Shown piece by piece: positions 1 through 11,600 of a stretch of DNA of 64,000 nt. Position numbers and translations under genes: made by a program. The DNA comes from Podarcis liolepis (lineage: Eukaryota): NCBI GenBank assembly GCA_965112155.1, contig OZ218099.1. One strand, written 5' to 3'. Each line of letters begins with the position of its first letter. Position 1 is the first letter of the stretch. The notes beneath the pieces are model-generated. The model was given only the letters and a program-made list of their open reading frames with translations. It was not told the origin of the DNA and ran no database searches.

Positions 1-367
1 TTGCCTAATACTATTCTAAACCAGTAATTTCTAGATTGGCCTAATTACAAAAATAACATTTCTTAATAGATCTGAATTATATTGAACATACTGTATGAAA
101 AGATGAAAAAGGGACAGCAACAAATAGTTACCCAATTTGTCTTGCTTTTGTTGTGGTTTTTGATCTGCCACATCTCAGTTTTGTAATGTGTTTGTGTGTT
201 GGGAGACACTATTACTTTTTTCATCCCAGTTTGCTTTGTTATGTAATGGGGCTGAACTTTTACTTTATGCTAATCTAGCTGTGCAAACAGATTGTAATGC
301 TACAGTGTTTAGAATTTTTGCATTTTAAATAGCATTGTCCTTATAGTTTAACTTTGTGTTTTTACAG

Positions 368-610
368 GCTCAGTCAGCTGTTCCAGGGCCGGTTGGTACA
401 GATTTCAAACCTTTGAATAATGCACCTGCAACTACCACCGAACCCCCAAAACCTACATTCCCTGCTTACACACAATCTACAGCTTCAACCACTAGTACAA
501 CAAACAGTACTGCAGCTAAGCCAGCTACTTCTATAACAAGTAAGCCTGCTACCCTTACGACAACCAGTGCAACCAGTAAGTTGATCCATCCAGATGAGGA
601 TATATCACTG
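368..610 (+). CDS. ZNF207: ZNF207/BuGZ internal coding exon (Thr/Ser/Pro-rich, ends ...SKLIHPDEDISL)
   Basis: ttttacag acceptor at 366-367, CTG|GTAAGT donor at 611, 243 nt in frame; KLIHPDEDISL matches the ZNF207 GLEBS (BUB3-binding) region. Confidence 0.96.
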
Positions 611-1133
611 GTAAGTTAAATAGGATTTCTCCTTGCTCCATAGTTGTGAGGAAATGATCAAACAGTTGTACCGTTTATGTAGCAGCTCTGCTTCCCACCT
701 CTTCCCTCACCATTTAATGTGTCTAACATGAATTATAGCAAATTTAGAATTGCTTTGTTTTCTGTGGTATACTTCTCAGAGCCCAATACGGGTAGTGTTA
801 AAACTCATGTCAGACTGCTTCATATTTATTGGTGTGCTTTATGAACTAGATTTTCAGACTACAGTATAATGGCACAATCCATAATAACTGAATAATCCCT
901 AAATCCTGCTTTGAAAGTACTAGAAAAAGTTAATGCAGAAGTAGAAATTGATAATGTAACATTTTGTTATACCAGAATTTACATGCTATAATATGTATCT
1001 CCATAAGTTTGAAGATGAGATTTAATTGGTTGAGTAAGCCAATTTAAATAGTCTAAGCTGTACTTGTGTCTCAAACTGACCTTTGATTTGATCTCATATT
1101 GTTGAAATTCTCCCTGTGTGCTTCCCTTCATAG

Positions 1134-1296
1134 GAAGAAAGAAGAGCACAGTTGCCTAAATATCAGCGTAACCTCCCTCGACCTGGGCAGGCATCCATGG
1201 GCAATCCACCAGTTGGACCAATGGGAGGTATGATGCCACCGCAGCCGGGAATGCCCCCCCAGCAACAAGGAATGAGACCTCCAATGCCACCCCATG
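1134..1296 (+). CDS. ZNF207: ZNF207 penultimate coding exon (EERRAQLPKYQRNLPRPGQ...MPPH)
   Basis: cttcccttcatag acceptor, G|GTAAAA donor; continues DISL-EERRAQL in frame. Confidence 0.96.
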
Positions 1297-1492
1297 GTAA
1301 AAACACACTAAAGCTTCTTGAAATCCTATACAACTTATGTATTTAATTATTTCGCAGCGTCTATATGCTACTTGATTGTAATACGAGCTTGAAGCGATTT
1401 ACAAAAATACGCAAGTTGATTGCAGCCTAAATGCTTTACTAGCAGTAGTATTGCTTAAAGGTGTTTGTAAATTTGTTTTTTTACCTTCACAG

Positions 1493-1653
1493 GTCAGTAT
1501 GGTGCTCATCACCAGGGCATGCCAGGATACCTTCCTGGTGCAATGCCTCCATATGGTCAAGGGCCCCCAATGGTGCCTCCTTATCAAGGTGGACCTCCTC
1601 GACCGCCAATGGGAATGAGACCGCCTGTAATGTCGCAAGGTGGCCGCTACTGA
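1493..1653 (+). CDS. ZNF207: ZNF207 last coding exon (GQYGAHHQGMPGYLPG...MSQGGRY*)
   Basis: ttaccttcacag acceptor, phase-1 junction compatible with the previous exon, TGA at 1651-1653; C-terminus matches recalled ZNF207. Confidence 0.96.
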
Positions 1654-1904
1654 TGCTACTGCAAACGCTCTAATAGGTTTGGAGATTAAACCTTTTCTCA
1701 TCTTGTGCTGTTAATATAGCCAAGCTTCCATCAATTAAAACTTCGTTGTGACTTTTAGGGGAGGAAAAAAAAATCTTTCCACATACAAGGAACTTTTTGG
1801 ACATTCTTATTTTACATGGCAAAATTTGTTTAGAATAATAAAACAGGAACTTTCCCTGATGTTGCAATTTATACTGTATGGCTTCTTTTTCATGTTTCAT
1901 CTAG

Positions 1905-1984
1905 GTTTTTAGAAGTGAAGTATAGTAAATATGGTTCGTTAAATTGTGAAGGCGCTGGAAATACATGAACGTACCATCTTAAAG
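1905..1984 (+). other. Candidate 3'UTR/alternative exon of ZNF207 with GC donor
   Basis: Pyrimidine tract ttctttttcatgtttcatctAG (AG 1903-1904); AAG|GCAAGT at 1984/1985. Confidence 0.5.
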
Positions 1985-2023
1985 GCAAGTTCTGTAACCT
2001 TACGTTGCTGTTCATAAAATCAT

Positions 2024-2084
2024 GCCTTCACAGCACTTCAGGTGCTGTTGGACTTCATGTCCCCAACAATAGTTTGGTGAGGGC
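2024..2084 (+). promoter_or_regulatory. Predicted four-way-junction RNA element, copy 1
   Basis: P1 GCCTTCAC/GTGAGGGC closes three hairpins: AGCAC/GTGCT, GGAC/GTCC, AAC/GTT; a related copy lies at 5445-5519. Confidence 0.65.
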
Positions 2085-2222
2085 TTTTATTGTTACCATC
2101 TACTTGTACACTTAAGTCTGAACGTGTAACGATATTTAATGTATTTAGAGTTTCCTGTTGCAGGGTTTATAAAATTGACCTACTAAGTTCACGTGACTTC
2201 CTGTACTGTTAAACTTTATTGT

Positions 2223-2228
2223 AATAAA
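2223..2228 (+). terminator. Candidate proximal polyadenylation signal of ZNF207 (others at 1837-1842 and 2321-2326)
   Basis: AATAAA followed by T/GT-rich sequence. Confidence 0.55.
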
Positions 2229-5200
2229 ATGAAAGAAAAAAATTGTCTTTTTATTCATGACCAGCTGTGGACAACTGCCTGAAGGTTTGTACTGATGCAT
2301 GCTATGGTAGTTTGTGGTATAATAAATACAGATTTCCTGATGCTACATTGATATATTCTGAATTATTTGAACTTCAAAGTCACTACTTTAGCTGTATGCT
2401 GTAGCTGACTCCTGAACAAGTAAATAGACCTGTACACTTATTAAGCAGTTGCAACAAAGTCTTGGGCTTAAGAAGACATGTTTTCCCCCCTGAATGGTGC
2501 ACTTTCTTAAGACTTCTTCATAGCTCACTGGTTATGATATTGGTGTGCTCTTATGTTTCCTATGTGTAAATGTGCTTCTACTAAGAAAATGCTATTGTAG
2601 AGCACATTTTTTGACCTTGCTTCGGTTCTTCCTCAGTTTAGAGACCTCAAGCTACTTAACCTAACATTTTTTTTAAAAAACATTTTTTATTAAAGATTTC
2701 TCTTTATAAAGCTTAGGTGCAAGCATTGGCTTCTGTAATAAAGGTGACCAGCCGAGAGGGATTCACCATAAAACATAGGTTGCAAAATATCAGATTAATC
2801 TTAATCAATTGATCAATTAATCTCTATCTGGGCATAGCAAAAAGCAGTCTGGTTAAAAACTACAGCTGAAGCTGCCCTGTGTGATTCAAACATTGTCCTC
2901 ATTTTGCCTCATGTCTGTGTGTCAAGAAAACGGCTGTGGCGAGGTTTCAGCTGTGTCTTTAACTGGACTCTGTCCCATTTATAAAACCTAGCAGGAAAGG
3001 GGGTAAAATTATCTCCTTGGATGACTGAGCAGTTGTTTCTCTCAAGGGGCATGATGTGTTTGTGAGGTTTTGCCTCAGCATTTTGAGCCTTGTTTCTTTA
3101 TATGCAGTACAAACCAGATCTCTTTTTTATTGCTTTCTGTTGTTAGCAAGATAAGTATTTCCATGGGAGCTGGGAATAGCAAAACTCCTGTTCCTACTTC
3201 CATCGGTTGATTTATAAAGACAAATTCTGTTACTGTCATTTTTGCACTCCACCCCCAGCTAATAGTAATATTGCATGTTAACAGCACCAATTTGTAAAGT
3301 AAAAACTATTTCCGATTTGCGTACAGTCTACTTCAGTCCTTTGCTTGGTCTCAAAAAACTTTATTGTTCATGCTTGAAGTTCCTTTGCTGCTTTCTGTAC
3401 ATCCTCTTTTTATATTTTCGTAACTTTCAAAAATGTCCTGCCTTCCATTAGAAACTTTGGCTTTGTGATCTTCACTCATTGTTTTAAGTTGTTTTAAATT
3501 TTCATTTTGAGAAATTTATTTTGCTGGAGTACTGTGTATTAAATGTCTGAGCAGTGTTACTGACACTTTGAATTTGCTTTCTGTTGACTGGCTACCCATT
3601 TCCCCAAAAGGTACTTCAGAATATGCAGCCATGTTCACTGTTTTCTAATTACTTCACCCCTTTAGCTGTTCATTTATTTCCTTTTGCACTATTATGATGG
3701 CAATTGTGCAATTATACATACCTATTGACCATTATCTGAAGAGGTTATGCTTGTTTTTCTCATTCATGAAAACACATATCTGAAGTTTTCTTTGACATTA
3801 CTGTCTCTATAGATCCCAGTACTAAAGAGGCAAACCATTTTGGCAATGGGCTTGCTTAAGCATGTGCTGGTAACTTTTCCTCAGTCTATGGCAAAATTAA
3901 ACACAATGATTCTTGTAACATGCTTCATTCCTAATGAGCCCATTAGAAAGCCTTTTGTAGCCCATACTGGCCATTTTACATTTAAAAGAACTAGTGTACA
4001 GTTTGTACCAGTTGCATCCAGAGGCTCCTGCTGGACAGAGGGGTAGGCAAATTTCCTCTTCAGCTCCTGCACCACTTTCCACATGGCTTCAGAGCTCATC
4101 AGAGCAGCTTTGCAAGAGGAAAGAGAAATTGGTACAGATCTCCTCCCCCTTTGTCCAGCAGGAATATGGGAACTCTGGATCCAGTAGATAGAATTTGATC
4201 AGAAATTTACTAATTTCTACTGTAGCCTTGTATTGCCCCTTTATATTACCTGGAGTGGCACAGGTTCCCCATCCCTGCTGTAGAGATTCACCTGTGCTGT
4301 ATGCTTGGGTTAGAGATAACTAATTCCGACCCCCTCGCTGGAGGCAGGCATTCTGAAGCCCGTAGGCCCCTCCATCTTCTAGATAGAGGCTTTGAAATCT
4401 ATTTGCTCTCGGGGGAAGAGTGCCAATCAGTTTCCGTCCTGCTTCCACTGAGAGAGGGTGCTCTTGCATCTGTTGGAGGTGCAAGGGAACAGCTTATTAT
4501 TTTCAGCATATATTCAAGGCCTTTATGTTGAACTTTCTGAAAATTCTGAATACAAGCTTGTTTTTAGAATAAAAAGTTCCGTAGGTGTTGCTAATCCATA
4601 GGCTGGGGTCATTCATGCATGTAAGCAAACCATGGTCAGTTATGAGAATGAATCTCAAGTCTCTTGTGATTTCCTCCATTCCTTCTCTTTTGTGCCCACA
4701 AGGAAGGAACAAAAAACTTAGTTCCTTGTGATATCTGAACATGGGGAACTGTTACTTGTTTACAGTATTTGTAATAAGAAGTGATGATCCAACCATGGTT
4801 TTGAGTTAATTGAAAGTAGAAGCTTTTTATCTCCTTGAGAGTCGCAAAAGCAGTAGGGTGCACAAAAGCCCATGGCTCACTCTCCAAATTGGAGACCATG
4901 GTTTCCTGCTACATCTAAACTTGGCCATTATACTTTATAATGATACTTTAACAAATTCGTACCTCTGACATTAAAAAAATGATTAATACAGTTGTCTTAA
5001 TAATTGTACTGGTCTAACTACTATGCAAGAGTGATGTAAAGTTTCTGAACAGCAGATTCGTTTTTTTACATTTTTCACTTTTACTGCATTAGTTCAGAAT
5101 ATTTTATCACTTGTAGGGGAAACACCCACTTTCTACTGAGTGTCATATAGCACTGGTCAAGCTGGAAGGTGAGCACTCTAGTTGGGGTTTTTTTTCTATA

Positions 5201-5363
5201 CATTAATTCTGGTTTACAGATTCCATATCTGATTTGTGTGGAGCTTAAAAGTTGAGACCAAATCTGTGCTTGATCATTGGAATTTTGTTAATTTTGATTG
5301 CATGTATTTTTAACTTAATTGGGTTGTGTTTTTCTAAAATTTAAATTTTTCTTCTTCCTATAG

Positions 5364-5418
5364 CCCTGCCATAGGACAGGCTGAGGCAGAGTCTCAGTGT
5401 TGCCCTGTTCAGTCTGAG
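5364..5418 (+). other. Candidate non-coding ZNF207 3'UTR exon with GC donor
   Basis: CTAAA branch-point-like motif, tttttcttcttcctatAG (AG 5362-5363), GAG|GCAAGT at 5418/5419. Confidence 0.55.
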
Positions 5419-5444
5419 GCAAGTGGGATTTATTTTATTCATTC

Positions 5445-5519
5445 TAGGGGCTTTCACAGCTTTATAGCTGTTGGATATTCATGTCCCCAAACTTGCAGCA
5501 AGTTTGGTGAAGGCTCCTA
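5445..5519 (+). promoter_or_regulatory. Predicted four-way-junction RNA element, copy 2
   Basis: 13-bp P1 TAGGGGCTTTCAC/GTGAAGGCTCCTA closes hairpins AGCT/AGCT, GGATA/TGTCC, AAACTTG/CAAGTTT. Confidence 0.65.
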
Positions 5520-8504
5520 TCTTTAATTTAATTTAGGATTTTTATAATCTTTTGATGGGCTCTATATTAATATTGATACTCTGACTTTAGTGCTTAAATT
5601 TATTGTTGTTAGCAGTCAGAAATCTTAAAATGAGTCAAAACATTTCCTGTTCAATTGTTAATCCCTCCATCACCTTACCCTCTGAAACTTGGTGTAGCGA
5701 TTCCATCTTTTAACAGCAAGATGACTGCCTTTGAAATGGTGCTGTGAATTTTAAAAGTCCAGGAGTTTTGTTGGCAGTGTTTAGTATTGTTAAGAAAATG
5801 CCTGTGTTGAAATCAGTTTTTCTCCACTGATACACACCTCTGCAGTTGGGGGTCAGTGACATCAACTTAACAGAAATTTACCTGAAACAATTACCTTATC
5901 ATTAAATATGTTATCTGTCATAAGTTAATATTAATGTAGAGCCCACAGAGTGGAGAAAAATGCAGTTGTGAGTTTCATAAGATGAACAAGTGAGATAAAT
6001 GTTTAGTAGGAAACATGATTCTTTCAACAGCCTGACTTTAAAGGTAAACAACTTGCCATATTTATGTGCACTGGAACATAAATGAGCATAGACGTTTAGG
6101 TATTCCTAGTGTAAGCAATTTTCCATATATTATGCACAGAACATAAAACAAACGTTTAGGGGTTTTGGTGCCATTTGAATCCTTCCGAGAAAATGTATTG
6201 CTAGACATGTGAAAACACATGCATTACTTTAAAAGAAAGATTTAACATTCTGAGGAAAGCTGCTGATAAAAGATTTTCAAGAATACTTGAGAATTTACTT
6301 CTACCCGCAACTCTTGCAACAAATCTAGTTTTCGTTTGAGAGAGTTTGAAGCTTTCACAAGGCACCTAGATTTTCTGGGTGGTCCCTTCAGTTTGCACTT
6401 GCAGAGCCTCAAACTGCTTCTTAAACTCTTACTTAGTTTTTTAAGAGTTTGGGAATTTGGTGTGAGAGGCTGTTTTCCCTTAATTCAAGGGATGGCCCTC
6501 CATAAGTTGTTGGGCTCCAAATCTTATCAGCACCCAGCCACTATTGTCAGTGATCAAGGCTTGCATGAGTTTTAATACAGCGTCATTTGGAGGGCTAAAA
6601 GTTCTCCATCCCTGTCTTACACAGTCCTCTCACCCAATCCTCAAAGTGCTTTTCCAAATTCAAGTGTCGATTTGTTTTCTGTGGCATCTATTAGCTCTGG
6701 CTGTAACTCATGTTTTCGTGGTTGCAGTTTTAAAACGCTTACTTAGAATTACCTTTGTCGTAATACCTAAGCAATACAATCAGCTGCCTGTCACTTCTCT
6801 CACATGCATGCAGAACCCTCTGCAAGCTTCTCATTTTCTCGAGAAATTGTAATCCAGAGTAAAGTTCACTGTGACTACCTCACATCTGAACGTAAACTGC
6901 ATTCAAATCCTCAATTCAGTGTATTGTCATTGTGTGTGACGTGACTCTTGACAATAATGGTGAAGATGGACTCCGCACTGAAGATGGAAAATAGCAATCA
7001 GCGTTTCTTCTACAATGTCCTCTGCTCTTGAGATCTGCTTTTTTCAATGTTTCCCCACCCCCCTTGGTCAATAGCCAATTTATTGAAACATGCTTTGTTT
7101 GGAGGGACTTGAAATAGAAGGGTTGTATTCATGGCTTCTGTTATCTTTTTGAGTATCCATGAAAAAATAGCTTGGGTGTTAGGATGCCTTTACTGTGTCA
7201 CCCTGTAATAAAATAGATTAAATAAATGAGTGCCTTGATCCAGTTGCATGATTTTAGACAGGAATCACTTGATAAGAGAACATGTTTAGCTTTGAATATT
7301 CCCTTCATCCAATCTGAGCCTTATTTTTTTTTACACTTCTGCAGCTGTCCTACAATCACATTTTCTAGCATATACCTAATGTAACTTTATGGTTTATGAA
7401 GAACTGAGAGATACTAGGATTTTGAACAAATGTATGTGCCTATTTCTTTATAATTACAGAGCAACATAAAAGTCGGTATGAATGTACTGCAAAGGAGATC
7501 CAAAGAGGTTTCATTGCTTTCCTTTGCTACAGCTTTCTAAATTTTGGCTTTAGTTCAGAAATTCCTCTACCTGCAGTACACCTATTTTCAGGACTTCAAT
7601 AGTAGTCTCAGGTGGTTCTTGGGGCATTGTGCTTCATTCATTCTGATCTCTTGACGTGAGACGCACGACCAAGTTGAACTTCAAAAAAATAAATTTAGAA
7701 TTAAGATTTAAATTACAATTCTGAATTGCAGTTCGCCCAGATGTTAATTTTTTTCTGCCATCACAGAACTTCAATATGCTACCCAAACTCTCGCATTGAA
7801 AAAAGAAGTTTTGGGATTTTGTACATTAGCAATTCAAAGGAAAACTGCCGTCATTGCTTACATAGTATTCGGTCCCCGCCCCCAGTTGCCCTTTAAGAGC
7901 TCTCGTGCAAAATTGTCAAATTGATTTTTCAGTGAAGAAGTCAATAAGCAGCAGTTTGAGAGTTCTCTGAGGCCCCTGCGGAGTGGAAATACTTTAGATA
8001 AGTTTGTGTACATCCATATGTCATGCAGAGTCATGTCTTAATTCGAAAGTGGGAAGAAAACAGGTTCCAGCTGTGTCTGGCTACCGTTTTCCTCTGGTCT
8101 GGGGTGCTGCTATTTGAAGTACTCCGACTTGACTGAAGTGTATTCAAGTAGATACAAGTAGTTAAATCAAAACTATAGATCATTTTGTGTCATAGGCATA
8201 CACTTGAGTTAATTTATACTTACAGTTTGGCAACTGCAAGGTGGCATTAATTCTGGCCACTCTTGCTATATTAGTATTATTTCAGTTTTAACTGAGGCAG
8301 CACTACTCGCTTTAAAATTATATGCATCTGAATCTTTTGATGGATGTTTATTGTTAAATGAAACCACACAATCACTTCACATCTTTTGTATAATAAAACA
8401 TTTAATATATAATTCAGTCCATATTGCTTGTTGACCACTGTGACTCGTAAATTTGTTTATAAAATATTTGATCACAGAATAATGTCAATTTAAGGAATCT
8501 TGTT

Positions 8505-8648
8505 GGGTAACGCAATAGCTCAGTCAGTAGAGCATGAAACTCCTAACTGCAGGGGTGTGGCTTGGAGCCCCAAGTTAGGCAAATGATTCCTGTATTGCAT
8601 GGGTTGGACTAGGTGACCCTCGTCCTTTCCATCTTTACAATCCTATGA
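8505..8648 (+). mobile_element. tRNA-Lys-derived SINE with CR1-like tail (lacertid POM/P.s.1-type), diverged
   Basis: TAGCTCAGTCAGTAGAGCATGA head, then GGTTGGACTAGGTGACCCTCG...CTATGA CR1-type tail. Confidence 0.8.
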
Positions 8649-11600
8649 ACACATGGTTACATTGTCAGTGCCAGCTATTAAATGTGAAGTAACTTGCTAG
8701 AACAGAGAGCATTGCAAAAGCATTGCAAGTGCTTTTTTTAGGTTTCAAGCTGCTTTTAGGTTTTTGAGAGATCATACATTTTGGGCATTTCCTATTCTGA
8801 ACTTTTGTAGTCTGTTTTGGTCAACTTAACCATTTGTTGTCCTGGGAAGCATACTTAAGAGAGCCATGCTGAAATGGGGGGTGGGGGACGGGACGGGATG
8901 ACGACACTCAACATAGAATCTCACTTCCATTCTTTTTGGCCTACTGAGTCTGCGCTGCCAACTTAATAGATTGGAATGTCTCACTGCACTATTTCCATAC
9001 CTTGTTCAGATAACGTATTTGCAGTGGAGCATTCTTACCAGTGTCTGGCACGACTAAATAAGTTGTTCCCTTCCTTAATTATGTTCCCTTAATTAAAAAT
9101 AAATGTGAAGGCACAAAAATGCCTTCACTAAAATGGCAGTTTTGAATCACTGATGTGTGCCTGGCAAGCACTGTTTTCAAAATGTCACACCTCTACTTCA
9201 CACAACAGTTGCTAAAAGTTAGGAGTTGAAGTTCAGTATAAATTTTACTCTTGTGCTTAATTTTAAGAATAGTCAACTCAGCTAACATAAAATATTTTAT
9301 AATCCTTTAGAAATTCAGCCAGCATTTGAAGGTTCAGTTATATTTTGCTTTCTCGGACTGTTAGTAGTAATACAAGTACAGGGCTTTCCAGTTCATTTTC
9401 ACTGATACCCTTGAAAGAACGCTACATTTTTTTTGGCAACTTGCACTGTGACCCTTTAACATTTGAATTGGTTCAATAAGTATATTTCAGAGTTCAGTTT
9501 GACGGACTACTTAGGAGTTAACAGTTGCTATAAAAAAGTGCAAGAATTTTGGTTTGTGTTTCGAAATTTAAAACTAAATTATGAATTAAGCTTTTTGGTT
9601 TAATATAATTTGTGTTTTTGTTGACTAGCAGCAGAATTTCAGCATTTGCTACTTACTGGTAGAGAAGAAAAAAATCCCACAGCACTGCCAGTACAGGTTA
9701 GTTTAATCTGTAAGTACCTGATGTTTGTTTGAAATCCTGTACTACAAATGCCATCTTAGTACATGAGGATGGAGCCATAAGTTATCTGGAGAGGGTTGCA
9801 TCTTACTACACCTAAAAGGGATAAATATTCACAGGCTCCGATTAAGAAAGGGAAGGGGAATTACAGTAAATAACCAATTTGGGTTTAGTGTATCATGTGG
9901 TGGCATTCCAGTCAGGGATCCAGTAATGCACTTTTTTTCTAAGTGGGAAATCATTTGACTAAGGTTGATTGGAAAATAACCTCAATCACATCTGGGGTGA
10001 ATGGGTGTTTATGCTATTAACAAAACGAGTAATTAAATATTCTGATTCTTTCTTCTTAGCAGTCCTTACAAACACCCATCAGCACAACTTTGTTAACTGA
10101 TGAGCACATCTTTTGTGATGGGCATTATTGATACGAAATGCTGTGTCCTCTGAAACCCTTGAATCTCAACACTTTAAAGCCTAGATAATTTTCTTAGGTA
10201 GTCCCTTCTCTCTTCAGTGGGTTCTGAATATTCAGTGTTCTTTGGTTATTTCTTAAAGTCGACTATGCATTTCTGTAGTGCTGCTGTTTTGCTTAAACTG
10301 GTGGTTTGTGCAAAAATGTAGTTGCATCTTAATTAGAACTGCATGTTTCTGTATCTTTAATTTTCTGCTGCCATGTTTACTAGCCAACTTAATTTGGTAA
10401 CATGCTTTTAAAAACCTGCTCTCAAAGTGGCAAACTAAAGCTGTTGGCAGTCAGTCATTCAAGTAAATAAAGTTGAGAAGTGGTCACAGCCCTTACACAG
10501 AAATATCAGCTTCTCCCACCAACTCTAGGTAAATCTGTTGCTTTATTGATTGCTTCATCAATATGAGACTGCTGCTGCCTCTGTGCCATTGCAGTCTCTC
10601 TCTTAATGCCACCTTATATTCATGTTCAGCAATCCTGAAACTTCTTTTTAGAATTGCCAAAATCTCATTGGAGCAGCTTTAGAATGCTTCTTAAGACCTC
10701 CTTGTTTTGAGCTGGGCTTGTTGGCTTAGAGTTAAGCTAGCACAGGGTTACTGGTCTCCTACATTTTAGTTTGATCGAAAAAAAATCCAGTTAATTGGTT
10801 CATTCTATGGTATTGGGTGTGTTACGGCATAAAAAGCCTTTGGATTGGGGAGTAGGCTACAACTAAAAATGATATTTTGTGATCAGCATGAGAAAACAAA
10901 GCTATGTATCATGCCTACCAACTTGTGGATAATGGAAATGCTTCTTAAAACTACAACAGATGTGGAAATTTAAATCTAGCTGCATTTCATAGTAAAGGTT
11001 GAAGAACCCAGAAGAACAAGTAGTCACTGTAACCATTCAATATATGAATCAAGAGTGTTGTTTAGAATGTCTTGGTCCCTTGTTTTTCTAGTATTTCTCA
11101 GTCCCATTTCTCTAGTGGTCAATATATAGTATTTTATAAGGATGAAAATCTTAAATCTGCCAGCTCTGTACAGTTCAGGTTATTTTGGGGCAGTGGGCAA
11201 GTGGACAGAACAAACAAAACTGAAACCCAACCGCTACTGTTGGCATTCAGTAGTTCAGCCACAAGAATTGAGTTGACCTAGGCATCATGTTAAAAATTTT
11301 GAGTTGCCCAAAATTAATTCACCTGCAAGAGAAACTATGAACATTAAGAACCTGCCATTCATTTAGGAGACTCTTTTTTTAGAACACATCCACTGTGCTT
11401 GTATTGAAAATAAGGGTATCTTGTAAACATAATTAAAATTTTGATAGTTTCTGTGTCTTAACTTTCCTTCTGTGCCGTTTACTTTCCTTTATACTAGGGA
11501 AAGTTAATACTTAAAACTACTTTGTTGATTACTAAGATAACCTGGTAATGCAGTTGTCACTGAAATCCCAAACTACATAGACACCTAATCATATGATTAT

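Noticed and set aside
2024-2084. Cloverleaf interpreted as a tRNA, mascRNA or snoRNA
   Set aside because: No TTCRA T-loop in the last arm, no A/B boxes, and no C/D or H/ACA boxes in the required positions.
6915-6965. TATTGTCA/TGACAATA hairpin, superficially miRNA-like
   Set aside because: Stem too short and irregular for a pre-miRNA; no known mature sequence recognised.
11190-11290. Third GCAAGT site (TGG|GCAAGT) downstream of ZNF207
   Set aside because: Lacks the exonic AG and is not followed by the cloverleaf motif.
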